From contig CP120456.1 in assembly GCA_034226945.1 (NCBI GenBank), positions 62,001-126,000 of the forward strand: a DNA stretch of 64,000 nucleotides, in the 5' to 3' direction. The notes below the pieces were generated by a model, which saw only the letters and a list, made by a program, of their open reading frames with translations, did no database searches and was not told the origin of the DNA. A program made the position numbers and the translations under genes. Source of the stretch: Picochlorum sp. SENEW3 (taxonomy: Eukaryota). Below are positions 42,996-54,219 of this stretch, piece by piece; the stretch's first letter is position 1; the number at the start of each line of letters is the position of its first letter.

Positions 42996-44237
42996 ATGGC
43001 AAGTCAAGTGAAGGATTTGAAGCGTGTGCCCGGCACGAATTTCGTAGTAGACGGGTTCAGTTTTAGATATGGTCCGTTTGTGAGGCGCTTTTTCTTGACG
43101 CATACACACTCAGATCATACGATAGGGTTGACAAAGGGTTTTGATCAGGGGTACATTTATTGCAGTGAGGTTGCTGCAAGACTGTTGATATATGACATGG
43201 GTGTCCGTCGAGATGTTATTCGTCCTCTCAGGGTGGACTGTACCGTAATGTTGGAGGGTGTTGCCGTGACGCCAATTAGCGCGAATCATTGTCCAGGCTC
43301 GGTGTGCTTTCTCTTTGAAATGCAGGATGGGAAGCGCATCCTTCATACTGGTGACTTTCGATGGAGTGACGAATTGCATGGGAGGCATCCGCTCTTGATG
43401 CGGTCCAAAATAGATACTGTTATGCTTGATACCACATATTGTGATAAAAAGTGGGTGTTTCCACGACAAGAGGATGTAGTTGATGCACTAGCACGGCATG
43501 TTGGACAATGCATTTCACAGACCCAAAAGAAAACCTTGTTCGTTTTTCAATCATATCATATTGGGAAAGAGAGGGCTTATTTTGGGGTCGCAGAACGGTG
43601 TAATTTGAATGTGTATGCAAATCCAAACAAGAAAAAGGTACTGAATCTGTTGGACTTGCCAGATTCATGGATGAAGTTGCTTGTGGATGATCCTGACAAG
43701 GCACAGATTCACATTGGGACAATGAAGCACCAAAGATACCCAGAGTCACTGCAAGAGGATATCAAGTCGACCCCTTGGGCAGAAGCGGTCATTGTACGCC
43801 CAACTGGCTGGACATATCGTGGCGGGAGTGGTTCTCAGAATGAGAACATCCTCTCTGAAAGGCGGGTGTGTCAAAATGTGTCCATTTTATCTGTATGCTA
43901 CTCGGAGCATAGCAGCTTTGAAGAGCTGCAATCTTGTGTCCGAACTCTCAAGCCCAAGAAGATTATACCCACGGTAAATGCAGAAACTCCAGAAAAGTCT
44001 GCAAAATTAGTCGACAAATTGTGTGGCCTCATGGACCTGTCTTCTGACAAGAGTAGAATTGATCTATACTTGAACAAGCGCGCGTCAGTACAGACAGGCA
44101 CAGAAAAACAAAAGCAGAATGACGATCCTACAGTGAATCTAGATGATGTGGATATCAGAGAACAGGAGAAGATTTGGGATTCACTGGTATCCAAGAAGAA
44201 GAAGGCAAAAATTCACCATTTTTTCAAGAAGAAATAA
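42996..44237 (+). CDS. SNM1: SNM1/DCLRE1A-like beta-CASP DNA cross-link repair nuclease
   Basis: THTHSDH, ANHCPG, HTGDFR, LDTTY, IGKER, YSEHSS and IIPTVN motifs. Confidence 0.92.
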   Translation: MASQVKDLKRVPGTNFVVDGFSFRYGPFVRRFFLTHTHSDHTIGLTKGFDQGYIYCSEVAARLLIYDMGVRRDVIRPLRVDCTVMLEGVAVTPISANHCPGSVCFLFEMQDGKRILHTGDFRWSDELHGRHPLLMRSKIDTVMLDTTYCDKKWVFPRQEDVVDALARHVGQCISQTQKKTLFVFQSYHIGKERAYFGVAERCNLNVYANPNKKKVLNLLDLPDSWMKLLVDDPDKAQIHIGTMKHQRYPESLQEDIKSTPWAEAVIVRPTGWTYRGGSGSQNENILSERRVCQNVSILSVCYSEHSSFEELQSCVRTLKPKKIIPTVNAETPEKSAKLVDKLCGLMDLSSDKSRIDLYLNKRASVQTGTEKQKQNDDPTVNLDDVDIREQEKIWDSLVSKKKKAKIHHFFKKK

Positions 44238-44249
44238 ATATTACCATCA

Positions 44250-45656
44250 TCACGTCCAAGGATAGAAATTCGGAAATAGCAAGGTTCCAACGGCAATATA
44301 AGAGAATAACCATGTCCATATGAGATATTGCTGCAATGCAGAACCATTCAGCATTCGTTGGGCCAAGTACCAGAACAGTAGGGGGCTTGAGGACAGAAAC
44401 CTCGTTGCCACATTGACATGCATGACCAGAGTTGCCACAGCAGTCATGAGTGCCAAATGGTACACAAATGGTCCGATTCGAGGCTCAAGGATGCAGCTTG
44501 TATACTCAAGTCGCTGCTTGGTGCCCCTCACTCTATCAATATACCATGAGGCACTGTCAAATGGCACAAGGGATAATGTGCAAGCTCGTTGAATACTAAA
44601 AAATGTCCATGTCCAACAGGCAGAAACGGATAGAGCAATGACTGGTATAGATTGTACAACAAATGGCAACCTGATAAGTTTCTCATAAAAGTGCAAAAAG
44701 CCCACATCCCAATACTTTTGCTGAATGTATCCATATATCGACGGGAAACGAGCTTGGCACCACTCAGGCTGCTGTGCTTGCCCTCGACAGAACACCATCC
44801 ATCCATATACTTGCATCCCAATGTACGGGGCACACACACATGCACAGCCGAGGCATGTCATGATACCATGTTTCACCTTTGCAAGGATTGATGGTGTGTA
44901 CCCTCTCAACATGTTTGACACATACAGGTGCAAAAGAAACCAAACAGCCAATGTCCCATTCGATCGACACAAGCTCGCTAAAACAAAGAATACGATGCAT
45001 GTCCAATAGCGTCCATCCCCGATTCGCTGTACCTGTTCCAAAAGAACAAGGCCAGTCCACGTACAGAAGGCAAATAAAGATTCCGTGTACACCGCAGAGT
45101 AGAATACAGACGCAGGATTCCAGCAAAATAACACTGTGGAGAGCCACACTATTGATTTATTTCTGACGACCAATAAACCTAGCCGATACAAGGACAGCGC
45201 AGCACCACAAAAGGCCACCATACTAATCCCAACACCAGTCAAACCATACACCATGCGTACAAGATGCATTGGAGTCTCCTTCTCCTCGACTGAATACAGC
45301 GCTCTGTAGACCATTCCAAACAACCATCCTCCACCTCGCATCAACCACGGCAACAAAGGAAAAAACGCAAAGATTTGATCGCTCTCATATCCACACTGAG
45401 CAATTCTCATAAAGTACACTCCATCCCAAGGGACAAATTCCTCCACGAGCCTCTCCATATATCCCACCGTAGGTGAGGAATCATACTCATGTACATTCCC
45501 TGTGTTACAGGGATAGTACTGCAAGTGAGCAGAGGTGGACAAATCCTCAAACAGACCATCCTGGATCGCCATAAGGCCAGTTGTCACCAGCCTGGACACC
45601 AGAGCCATCCATATCACCCGTTCCTCCTCCTTACTCCTTAAAAACGCCATGACCAT
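44250..45656 (-). CDS. PIGV: GPI mannosyltransferase 2 (PIG-V)
   Basis: WDGVYF, AFFPL, NPASVFYSAVYTESLF, RSNG, YWDVGF and TRFL motifs. Confidence 0.92.
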   Translation of the reverse strand: MVMAFLRSKEEERVIWMALVSRLVTTGLMAIQDGLFEDLSTSAHLQYYPCNTGNVHEYDSSPTVGYMERLVEEFVPWDGVYFMRIAQCGYESDQIFAFFPLLPWLMRGGGWLFGMVYRALYSVEEKETPMHLVRMVYGLTGVGISMVAFCGAALSLYRLGLLVVRNKSIVWLSTVLFCWNPASVFYSAVYTESLFAFCTWTGLVLLEQVQRIGDGRYWTCIVFFVLASLCRSNGTLAVWFLLHLYVSNMLRGYTPSILAKVKHGIMTCLGCACVCAPYIGMQVYGWMVFCRGQAQQPEWCQARFPSIYGYIQQKYWDVGFLHFYEKLIRLPFVVQSIPVIALSVSACWTWTFFSIQRACTLSLVPFDSASWYIDRVRGTKQRLEYTSCILEPRIGPFVYHLALMTAVATLVMHVNVATRFLSSSPLLFWYLAQRMLNGSALQQYLIWTWLFSYIAVGTLLFPNFYPWT

Positions 45657-45961
45657 CCTTTAAATCATAAATCTCATCCTTCCCCAGCCATACTTGAGCA
45701 ATGCAATATTTTTTGTTTGAAAAACATCTGGCTCACTGAGGTAACATCTGACCGTCTTTGATTCTCACAGCCGAGTACTTGGATGCTCCCCTGCCCAACC
45801 ATGACACTGTTCCAATACTCTCTTGAATCAATATTCGAAGTACCGATTCTGAGGGAGTATTGACGAAAAGGATGCGTGCTCTCAGGGCGACTCAAAAGAT
45901 CTCTTAGATTCAAAGGAACAAGAATACCTCATGGCCTCTCCGTGAATTTAACTGATTTACT

Positions 45962-48271
45962 ATGGAGTGGGTCAGGTTACTGAGGGACGTTTCTGCGGAA
46001 TATGCGATCCCGAGGGCAACCAGTTCGTCGACTTCAGATGGCAAACCATTGCTTCCACGAGTATCTTCGGCTGGGCATTTTGTTCATAAGAGATCCCTAT
46101 CTGCTCATACACCTAAAGGATCTTTACCAAATCTGCAAGCGTGGTATCAACAGGGCGGGAGGAGTCAGTATGTGAGGAGGCAGCAGAGAAGTTGTTGGGG
46201 GAGAGTGTTCACTGGTATCTTGACATTGACGACAATGATGCTCATTGGTATGTTGGGGATAAGGTTTGAGAGGGTGGCAGCCTCGTCACGTGAAAAGACA
46301 AATGCGTTTGATGCCTTGCCTTTGGTTGGCCTGTTGGACAGCAGGCCTGGTGTTGAACAGGAAGTGTCGCATCTAACATTTGATCTTGGAGATCTGTGGG
46401 TGATTGACAAGTATAGAAAGTATGATGAGAAGACGATGAAAGAGGGGTGGAAGAAGACGCGGTCGATGGCCATTCCCTCCATTGTGCATTATGTGTTTAC
46501 TGGGGTGGACAAGAGTGGTGAGAGGGAGGCCTTGTTCAAGGAGTTGCACAATGCGAATCCCGGCTGGGAGATTCGCTTCTATGATATGTTTGAGACGGAA
46601 AATTATGTGAAGAAATGGTTTCCAATGTATTATAAGGACTATCGGCAGATGAGTGAGCGGCAGCAGCAGAATATGTTTAGGTATTTGGTAGTGCTCAAAT
46701 TTGGAGGGTTTGTATTCTCAGACAGTCATACAAAAAGCATGGATTTGACAAGTATTCTATCTGAAGGCGATGAATTTGTTTCCGTTTGGAATACAGAGTA
46801 TAGATCAGCTTCTGCAGCGTTAAACTCGTGTCGTGTGAGGCAGAGGGGACTGCGGCATGATGTATTTGCATCTCGAGCAAATCACCCGATTCTGGCTGAT
46901 ATTTCCAGTCGTATTATCTCTCAGTATAACGGAGATCACAAGGTTTCACATGTAGAAGTTCTTGAAACGTCGGAGAAGACTGGCGAGGGAGTATTTACGG
47001 ATACTGTGCTAGCATATGTTGCTGGCGACGAATCTCGTGCTGTCCGTCTTCTTCCATCGATATGGTTTCAAGAGAATGGGGATATGTTTGAATGCAAGGC
47101 TCCTTGGGTGGAAATACCCAAGAAGAAGGATACGGGCATCGCAGAGGCATCACATGATATGAAAGGCGTAGAGGGACAAGCAGAGTTGGAGATTTCCCGC
47201 TGGTTTTCTGGTGTTGGTCACCATAAGGACGACAAAGGACTTGTATCAGAAACGTTGGAGATGGTCGAAAGGATAGCTCGAAAAGAAGCCACCCATGTTT
47301 TACTTCCAGTGTCATGTCACAATGATCCATCATTTGATGTGATGACGCATGCTGCTGGTGCTGGAGAATGGCATGCTGGCTCCGATGTCTCCGCCACCTT
47401 GCGGTCATTCGGGACGTGGCAAGCCTCAGTTGAACCTCAAAGAACCCCAAGTTTTGATGAATTAGTTGTCAGTGCGATGAGTGATGGCGATCGGAACGGT
47501 ATTCTCGTCGATGTTGGCCCTGGGTATGGTTTGACCTCACTGAATGCAGCAGCACGAGGCTTCAATGTGATTGCTTTCGAAGCTGGTAGTCAATCACTGG
47601 AAGGTTTTGAGAAGAGTGTTCGACGGAATAATTTTGAAAAGCAGATTACGCTCCATAAGACTCCCCTAGGATCAAAGGCGCAGGATCGGGATCATGTGTG
47701 TCTTCGGTCGGCAGGACATGATGTCCCGTTAGACTCTGACTGGTACCGTCAGCAGCAGCGAGGTTATGGGCTACTATCCGCTCATGCTTTAGAAGGAGAT
47801 AGATGTCTATATAGTACGACTAGAAGGGCAGGAAACAGCGTCATTAAGCACGATGCTCACGTGACAGTCCTCAAGATCTCTGCCGAGGGCTGGGGTGGGT
47901 ATGTGTTGGAAGGCTTCCTGCCCAGGCTTGGCGTATCCGCCAAACATCGTCCTAGGATGGTAAGTCTGGAGTGGAATCCGAGCACGTACACGGAAGTTGG
48001 TTATGCAAACCCACTCAAGGTGATTGAAAAAATGTACTCGCTAGGATATCATGGCATCAGCCACTCTGGGTACATTTGTGACCAACGATGGCACGCATTA
48101 ACGTACAACGTGAGAAAACGTGGAGGTTTGCCATCAGACCAAAATGGTATGAAGCAGCCGACGTGGTGCCGTCTGGAGTATGAAGATTTTAGGGTGCTCT
48201 TGAAAATTGGCGAACTCTCACATTCTGTTGAAACAATCCTCTTCCTTGATGTAGAACGTTTAAAAGAATAG
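45962..48271 (+). CDS. Type II membrane protein: GT32/Och1-like domain fused to FkbM-type SAM methyltransferase
   Basis: Single TM segment; IPSIVHY, NPGWEIRFY and FRYLVVLKFGG (GT32); VDVGPGYG, IAFEAG and VLKISAEG (FkbM). Confidence 0.78.
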   Translation: MEWVRLLRDVSAEYAIPRATSSSTSDGKPLLPRVSSAGHFVHKRSLSAHTPKGSLPNLQAWYQQGGRSQYVRRQQRSCWGRVFTGILTLTTMMLIGMLGIRFERVAASSREKTNAFDALPLVGLLDSRPGVEQEVSHLTFDLGDLWVIDKYRKYDEKTMKEGWKKTRSMAIPSIVHYVFTGVDKSGEREALFKELHNANPGWEIRFYDMFETENYVKKWFPMYYKDYRQMSERQQQNMFRYLVVLKFGGFVFSDSHTKSMDLTSILSEGDEFVSVWNTEYRSASAALNSCRVRQRGLRHDVFASRANHPILADISSRIISQYNGDHKVSHVEVLETSEKTGEGVFTDTVLAYVAGDESRAVRLLPSIWFQENGDMFECKAPWVEIPKKKDTGIAEASHDMKGVEGQAELEISRWFSGVGHHKDDKGLVSETLEMVERIARKEATHVLLPVSCHNDPSFDVMTHAAGAGEWHAGSDVSATLRSFGTWQASVEPQRTPSFDELVVSAMSDGDRNGILVDVGPGYGLTSLNAAARGFNVIAFEAGSQSLEGFEKSVRRNNFEKQITLHKTPLGSKAQDRDHVCLRSAGHDVPLDSDWYRQQQRGYGLLSAHALEGDRCLYSTTRRAGNSVIKHDAHVTVLKISAEGWGGYVLEGFLPRLGVSAKHRPRMVSLEWNPSTYTEVGYANPLKVIEKMYSLGYHGISHSGYICDQRWHALTYNVRKRGGLPSDQNGMKQPTWCRLEYEDFRVLLKIGELSHSVETILFLDVERLKE

Positions 48272-48501
48272 ATGAATGTATATATACTGAACATTGTAAT
48301 ACTACAACCACAGACATGTCAAAGCTTTCCTGAATCTCTCTGACCATGTAGCATCTGTTTGGCTGCAGATTTTGAGAACATGACAGATGCACATTGGATT
48401 CTTCCCGAACGACGGGACCAATCTCCATCCCTTCAAAAAAGCTGCGGGGCAGCCTGGGTGGATAATTTAATCTTATTTAATCTATATTTAGTTTTTATAC
48501 G

Positions 48502-49722
48502 ATGAATATATTGAAACGAGCACCATCATTGTGCGGTGCGCGTTTCAAAACAGGAGCGACATGTCATCGACATGTCGCTACCTTGAACATGGATTCCGGG
48601 CTTTGTCGACGACAGGGTAGCCGGTTCCATGTAAAAATATATTCCAGGATAACAGAGGTTGAAGAGACAACCACTGTGGCTGCACCTATGGAGGAGGTGT
48701 CGACACCTGCTGCTACCCAAGTTGAGTCTTCCGGAATGCGGCAGTTCCTCCAAGGGAACGCATATCTGCTGGCTGTTGCCATATTATGGGGATCATATAC
48801 TCCAGTATTAAAGATTTTGTTCAATCTGGAGGATGGACCAACCCCAGAGCTGGTTGCCTGGATCCGAGGTGTGCTGCAGGCAACCATCCTCGGCAGCATT
48901 CTCCTATCGAGCAATTATCTCGCCAAAGCTAATTCCGATGACGCATCGCCTGGAGGTCATACGACCCAAATAGGTTCCTTTGAAGTACCTACAGTTTTGA
49001 TAGGGGCACTGGAAATAGGCTTTTATAACTGTGGTGCTACACTCCTCCAAACAGAAGGCATCTCAATGAGCGGGGCAATCCGAGCAGCCTTTTTGATTCA
49101 GGCCACTGCTCTTTGGACACCACTATTATCGACGTTGTTAGGAGAGAGACCGGCTTTATGGCAGTGGGTTGGGTCTTTTATTGCCCTCTGCTCAGCATTG
49201 ATCGTAACGCTGGATCAGAAAATGGGAGGAGCTGGACAGGCAGTCCTGGACTCTGGGGGGTTTCCCAACACTGGGGACTTGTACATTCTGGGGGCAACCG
49301 TGTCGTATTCGTTGGCAACTGTGCGGATCCCATCCTATGCAAAGAATCTCTCGCCACTGGAACTTGCTGTTGGAAAGTCCAGTGTATTGGCACTTGTGGC
49401 CTCAGCATTACTGCTGTATGAAATTCCTCAGGGTGGAAGTATTGCAAGTCTGTGGCCAGCATACCAGGAGCAAATGAGTGCGTGGGGATGCCTCCTGTGG
49501 GCAGCTGTTTTCTGTGGAGCTCTGACAGCGTTCTTACATGTCAAGGGACAGAGTCTTGTGAGTGCAACTGAGGCGCAGTTGGTCTTTTCTACCGTACCAC
49601 TGTGGTCGGCAATCATCGCTGCCATCATTCTTCCAAACGAGCATCTCGGCCCACTGACATGGTTGGGAGGTGCCATGATGATTGTCGCAGGCATCGTCTC
49701 GTCGAAATCAAAAACACAATAA
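48502..49722 (+). CDS. EamA/DMT-family transporter, plastid-type transit peptide
   Basis: About 10 TM helices; ILWGS, RAAFL, GD and PLWSA motifs. Confidence 0.85.
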   Translation: MNILKRAPSLCGARFKTGATCHRHVATLNMDSGLCRRQGSRFHVKIYSRITEVEETTTVAAPMEEVSTPAATQVESSGMRQFLQGNAYLLAVAILWGSYTPVLKILFNLEDGPTPELVAWIRGVLQATILGSILLSSNYLAKANSDDASPGGHTTQIGSFEVPTVLIGALEIGFYNCGATLLQTEGISMSGAIRAAFLIQATALWTPLLSTLLGERPALWQWVGSFIALCSALIVTLDQKMGGAGQAVLDSGGFPNTGDLYILGATVSYSLATVRIPSYAKNLSPLELAVGKSSVLALVASALLLYEIPQGGSIASLWPAYQEQMSAWGCLLWAAVFCGALTAFLHVKGQSLVSATEAQLVFSTVPLWSAIIAAIILPNEHLGPLTWLGGAMMIVAGIVSSKSKTQ

Positions 49723-49779
49723 AATCTCAACACTGTATACACGTAATCTCCTCTGTGAGGGAGAATATTTTTTCATTTT

Positions 49780-50334
49780 TTATCTTCTGAAGAAATGCAC
49801 TGTAAAGTACATATCGATGCAAAACAAATCATGCCCATCCAACTTGAGTCTGTATCTCCCGGGTGGGGTATAGATTGGAAAGTCCCGGGCATAGTTGATT
49901 TGAAACTCAGAACCATCTCCAACAAGCGGGCAATGAGCCTTCTCACACACATCATCCTGCTCTGAAAAGACTTGAATACCATGTAAATACACGCTCATAT
50001 CGATGCTCCCCGACTCCACAGTCTTCCCTTGAGAGTCGAATTCTGCCCCAATCGAGAAGAATGCAGTTGTTCCCCTCGTGATTCTGTCCGGTTTCAAACT
50101 GACCGAGGTGATTGTAAAAGCGTACTCCTCTTCCTCCTTGTCTGGGCACAGCTGCCATGTAAACTCATCCTCAGATGTACCACTGGATTTATCATTCACT
50201 AAATATGCATCTGTATCTTTATATAGTGCTTGTAATTCACGAGCATGCACACCAAAGACATGCCGTTGTTGGGACCAAACTCCGAGAAGCGACAATACCG
50301 CTAGAACAGCCCAAGACATTCTCATGTATCGCAT
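49780..50334 (-). CDS. ML-domain (NPC2/PG-PI transfer-like) lipid-binding protein
   Basis: Signal peptide; WQLC, DDVCEKAHCP, TPPGRY and LFCI motifs. Confidence 0.85.
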   Translation of the reverse strand: MRYMRMSWAVLAVLSLLGVWSQQRHVFGVHARELQALYKDTDAYLVNDKSSGTSEDEFTWQLCPDKEEEEYAFTITSVSLKPDRITRGTTAFFSIGAEFDSQGKTVESGSIDMSVYLHGIQVFSEQDDVCEKAHCPLVGDGSEFQINYARDFPIYTPPGRYRLKLDGHDLFCIDMYFTVHFFRR

Positions 50335-50871
50335 ATTATGAATACATTTTTATAGGGGATTACCGATCCATTGGACTCTATCAATTCAGATGAGTTCTCT
50401 AATGCTTTCACGAGATGCTGACGTCAAGGTATCACTTTACGGCAGGCAATACCCATACATGTACATGCATACACCGGAGCATTGCTAGGGTATTGAATCC
50501 AGATGCAAGGGTTTGATACATGCAATATGAGACATGCATGTTCTGGAATCTTGATGTTCATGCATATGTATTTGTCATCTTCATGCACATCTCTTTGAAT
50601 GGTGGTGGTTACACCATGCATCCCAGATCTGGGCTACCGACTGTGAGACTGCATCAGTCGGAGGGACCATATCATTTGTTTATACCATTTATGTATTTAT
50701 GTGTATGTGTATACAATATCACGCATATACAGTGTCCAGAGAGAAGAAGATCATACGCAGAGGTGCGGAAGAAGTCGGTCTGTTGTATCTGTCGAATTTG
50801 AAAATTAGAGTCGATTACCCTGGTCGCTTTTGCGTATTATATATATATTTTTATTCATTTATATAACCAGG

Positions 50872-52591
50872 ATGAACACACCACTTGTGGTGTATGACGA
50901 GGGTCTTGGAGGAAAGTCGTCTCAAGATACTCCTGTGTGGAGCGGCAGGCCTCGCTCCTACATTGGTCCGGTGGTGGATGATATTCAGAGCCATGGGAAT
51001 TTGCTACATCCTGTTCAGGAGGCGTTTGATGATCCACAGGAGGCAGAGATATGTCAGTTGAAGGCATTGGCTGTGCAGGCTTTAGTCAAGGGTGGGCCAG
51101 ATGCTGCTCAACGGCAGGAGATGAGGCAATGGTTCGATCAGGTTGATTGCGAGTCAAAACAGATGAAGTCAAGAGATGTATACCAAGCGGTGTACTGCCA
51201 AGGGGCAGAAGTTTGTGAGCGAGGATCCAAGGTATCTGATACTGCCATGTATCACTCAATCATTTTATTCCCTCGCCCAGTGTCTGTCGGTTTGAAGGTC
51301 GGAATCAGCGATTTAGCATTCAATTTGTATGAAATGTGAGTACTTTATTTCTTTTTGTCTTGGTTTGCATGTGGTATCCGAGGGAGAGAATGATTGTGGG
51401 TTTGGCCTCTTTTCATGCAGGGTCATCTGTCATACTGCTCATGCATCTGCCGAGGCAATGCTGGATGCGACTATTCTAGTGTCCGGTGCTGAGCATGGGA
51501 TTTTTCAAGATTCAAAATTGGTCGAAAAGTACAGGAAGCAAGCAATTCAAAACGCAGGGCGTGAGGTAGGGATGGATGCTCTGTTTCATGAGTTTATTGC
51601 TCTTGTCTGCTGTGAGGCATGTGCCTTTGCCTACAGCGATCATGATACGAGATTCGCAGGTGGATTTCCTCTTCTTCTAAAGAGATCAGGACAAGGAGAA
51701 GGCATGGCAGAGTTTTTGATCGGTTTGGATTGGCTCATTCAATCATTTGGTGAGGATGGTTGGGCACGTCAATATTTAAATGAGGGTCTCGAGATGCCAA
51801 AAATCCTGTTGGGGTATCTCTACATTATACGAGATCGAATACTTGAGCAAGGGATCTTTGGCCAGGGGAGCTCCTGGTACGAGCGAGCAACCAGGGCACA
51901 GAGTGCCATGGAAGCAAGCATGGTGCCACCAGGTGATGACGATTACAGGATATGCACGTATTGTGTTCGGCATTTTGCGTCAATGATGGAATCACGTTCT
52001 CGAGTTCTGGTGAATCATCTCTCTTTTGGAAACGTGTTTCTAGAATGCTCGTGGCGTAAGAAGGAAAGAATGAGCCAATCCATGGCCGCTGCAGTCCTGA
52101 AACTGCTTGATAGCTTGCTGACGAACCACTTTGGAATCGTCTTCTATACACATGCAACTGCAATCATTCTGTGCTCAATATTCTGTACGGTACGATTTAT
52201 TTCGACAGTTAAAGGTAGTAGTTGCCCAAAAATAAACTTTTCATGGCACTTCTATGCGCCTTGCAGGCCAAGGTGGCTAATGTGCCAGTTCGATTCAGCG
52301 ATCTCGAAATGGTAGCATCAACGTGCTTTCCACTTCACACAAAGAATGATTTCAGGAAGATTGGACCAAAGGAGATGGATTTGAGGCAGGTTCGTTCATG
52401 ATTGGGTGCATGTATTCTCTTTCCATGGGTGTTTAATAGCAACACAAGGTGTGTGTGTGCAGTTTTACAACACTGTGTTCTTGGCAGTTGTATCCTCGTA
52501 CAGCGAGAAAGACTTGTTTGGAGAGACATTGCTCGCATGCAAAAATGCACAGCTTGAGTTGCCAGAACCAAAAGATCATATGGCAGGATGA
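50872..52591 (+). CDS. Divergent retinoblastoma-like pocket protein, ~494 aa; exons 50872-51335, 51421-52189, 52267-52389, 52463-52591
   Basis: A-box-like FHEFIALVCCEACAFAY...FPLLL...P..L..YL..IRDRILE...SSWY; B-box-like H...IILCSIFCTAKV...F...DLRQFYNTVF. Three frame-preserving GT-AG introns. Confidence 0.7.
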
Positions 52592-52965
52592 TTCCTTCGC
52601 GTCAAAACACGCAAGTTTGGCAGGCGTGTCGCCATCAATTGGTGTGCCTCAGTGCAGCCTATTCTTGGGCGCTATATAGCGCATATATGCGGCCACGTCA
52701 GATGGAGGTGACGATGATCGGTAGTTCCAAGATATGGCAATCTCTCCGTATCTTGGGTGAGATATTGATTAATTAATAGTTCAAGATTGTATTTTTGTCT
52801 TGGAGAAATGTTTGCTCCGGGACTGCGCCAATTTTGTAAATAGTACACGCTTTAGCCTGGGCTCACAATCCAGAGTCTCTCGTTTGCAAACAGACGGCTG
52901 CCATTAGCAGTCCTCCATTGTATTGGACGCCATTCCTCGAGCGCGGTCCAGTTTAATCGATCAGG

Positions 52966-54219
52966 ATGAGAAGATGTTTACGACGGTTGAGAATATTTCC
53001 TCGGCGAAAGCCCACGGAGAGTACCGAGGATGCAGATGGTGCTCAGTCGTCTGTGAGTGTGAGCAATGTGGACCTCTCCATTCCTGAAGATGGAATGTCG
53101 CTGAGCCAAGTCCAGGCAGCATTGCCACCAGATTGCCCATACGAATGTTTAAAATACGTGGGCAAAGGGTCATATGGCTTTGTTATACTGGCACAGCATC
53201 TGAAAACTCAGAGGCAATTTGCCCTAAAGTTCATTGAGCGGAATGAGAAACGGACACAGTATATTGAGGCAGAGATCCTAAATCACATGCGAATCCGACA
53301 TCCACATGTTATAAAAGTATACGAAATTTTCATGTCTAGATCACATGTGGTTATGGTACTGGAATACGCCAATCGTGGAACATTGTTGTCCAGGCTAATG
53401 TCTACAGTCGTCAAACACAAATCTCGGGGTGTAGCCCCTCTTGGCATGAGAGAACGTCTCGCACGTTGGTATTTCCAGCAGTTGATATGTGCAGTAGATT
53501 TCTGCCATAAACTAGGAATAGCGAATCGGGATATCAAGATGGATAACATCCTTTTGTGCGGAACTGGAGAACATCAAGATCTTATTAAATTGACAGATTT
53601 TGGCCTCAGCAAGGATGATAATGCACATTCTCCACCCAACACGTGCCTGGGAACAGTTGTATATTTTGCGCCCGAGATTATCAGAGTAATTGTAGACGCA
53701 AATAAGGAATATGATGCCCGGAAGAGTGATGTATGGTCCTGTGGCATTGTTCTGTATGCCATGGTGTCTGGTAAATTCCCATTTGGAGAAGCAATGGAAG
53801 CATCCGATCCAAGGTACAGTCTATTGGGGATTGGTAGCCCCGTGAGTCTTCAAAAGACGTTGAATGATATGATGTCGAAAGAATACAAGTCCATTGAAGG
53901 CATTTCGGAAGGCTGTGCCGATTTGATTGATAGGTTGCTGGAGCCAAACCCAGCAAACAGGCTCTCAATTGCTCAAGTCATGGAGCATGCATGGTTCAAG
54001 GAGGACCTCAGGGTAGACTTGGCAGAATTCAATGATAGAATTCTTCTAAACATAAATCGTGCATCGAAAGGAACGAGCAGAATGGCGGCTGCTTTCACGA
54101 ATGCATTGAAGCAGATACAAGAGGATCCTAATGTACCCATGCAAAAGTGTGTGTGTGTATGGGGCTCAAAGCACGACTTTACAATGGACGATGCTACGAA
54201 AACCAATTTAAAGGAATAA
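52966..54219 (+). CDS. SnRK2-like Ser/Thr kinase
   Basis: GKGSYG, ALKFIER, EILNH..IRHPHVI, ARWYFQQLI, NRDIK, DFGLSK and DVWSCG motifs. Confidence 0.9.
   Translation: MRRCLRRLRIFPRRKPTESTEDADGAQSSVSVSNVDLSIPEDGMSLSQVQAALPPDCPYECLKYVGKGSYGFVILAQHLKTQRQFALKFIERNEKRTQYIEAEILNHMRIRHPHVIKVYEIFMSRSHVVMVLEYANRGTLLSRLMSTVVKHKSRGVAPLGMRERLARWYFQQLICAVDFCHKLGIANRDIKMDNILLCGTGEHQDLIKLTDFGLSKDDNAHSPPNTCLGTVVYFAPEIIRVIVDANKEYDARKSDVWSCGIVLYAMVSGKFPFGEAMEASDPRYSLLGIGSPVSLQKTLNDMMSKEYKSIEGISEGCADLIDRLLEPNPANRLSIAQVMEHAWFKEDLRVDLAEFNDRILLNINRASKGTSRMAAAFTNALKQIQEDPNVPMQKCVCVWGSKHDFTMDDATKTNLKE

Noticed and set aside
40299..52591. DREAM-complex gene cluster (TCX plus RB-like)
   Set aside because: Separated by seven unrelated genes; chance proximity is sufficient.
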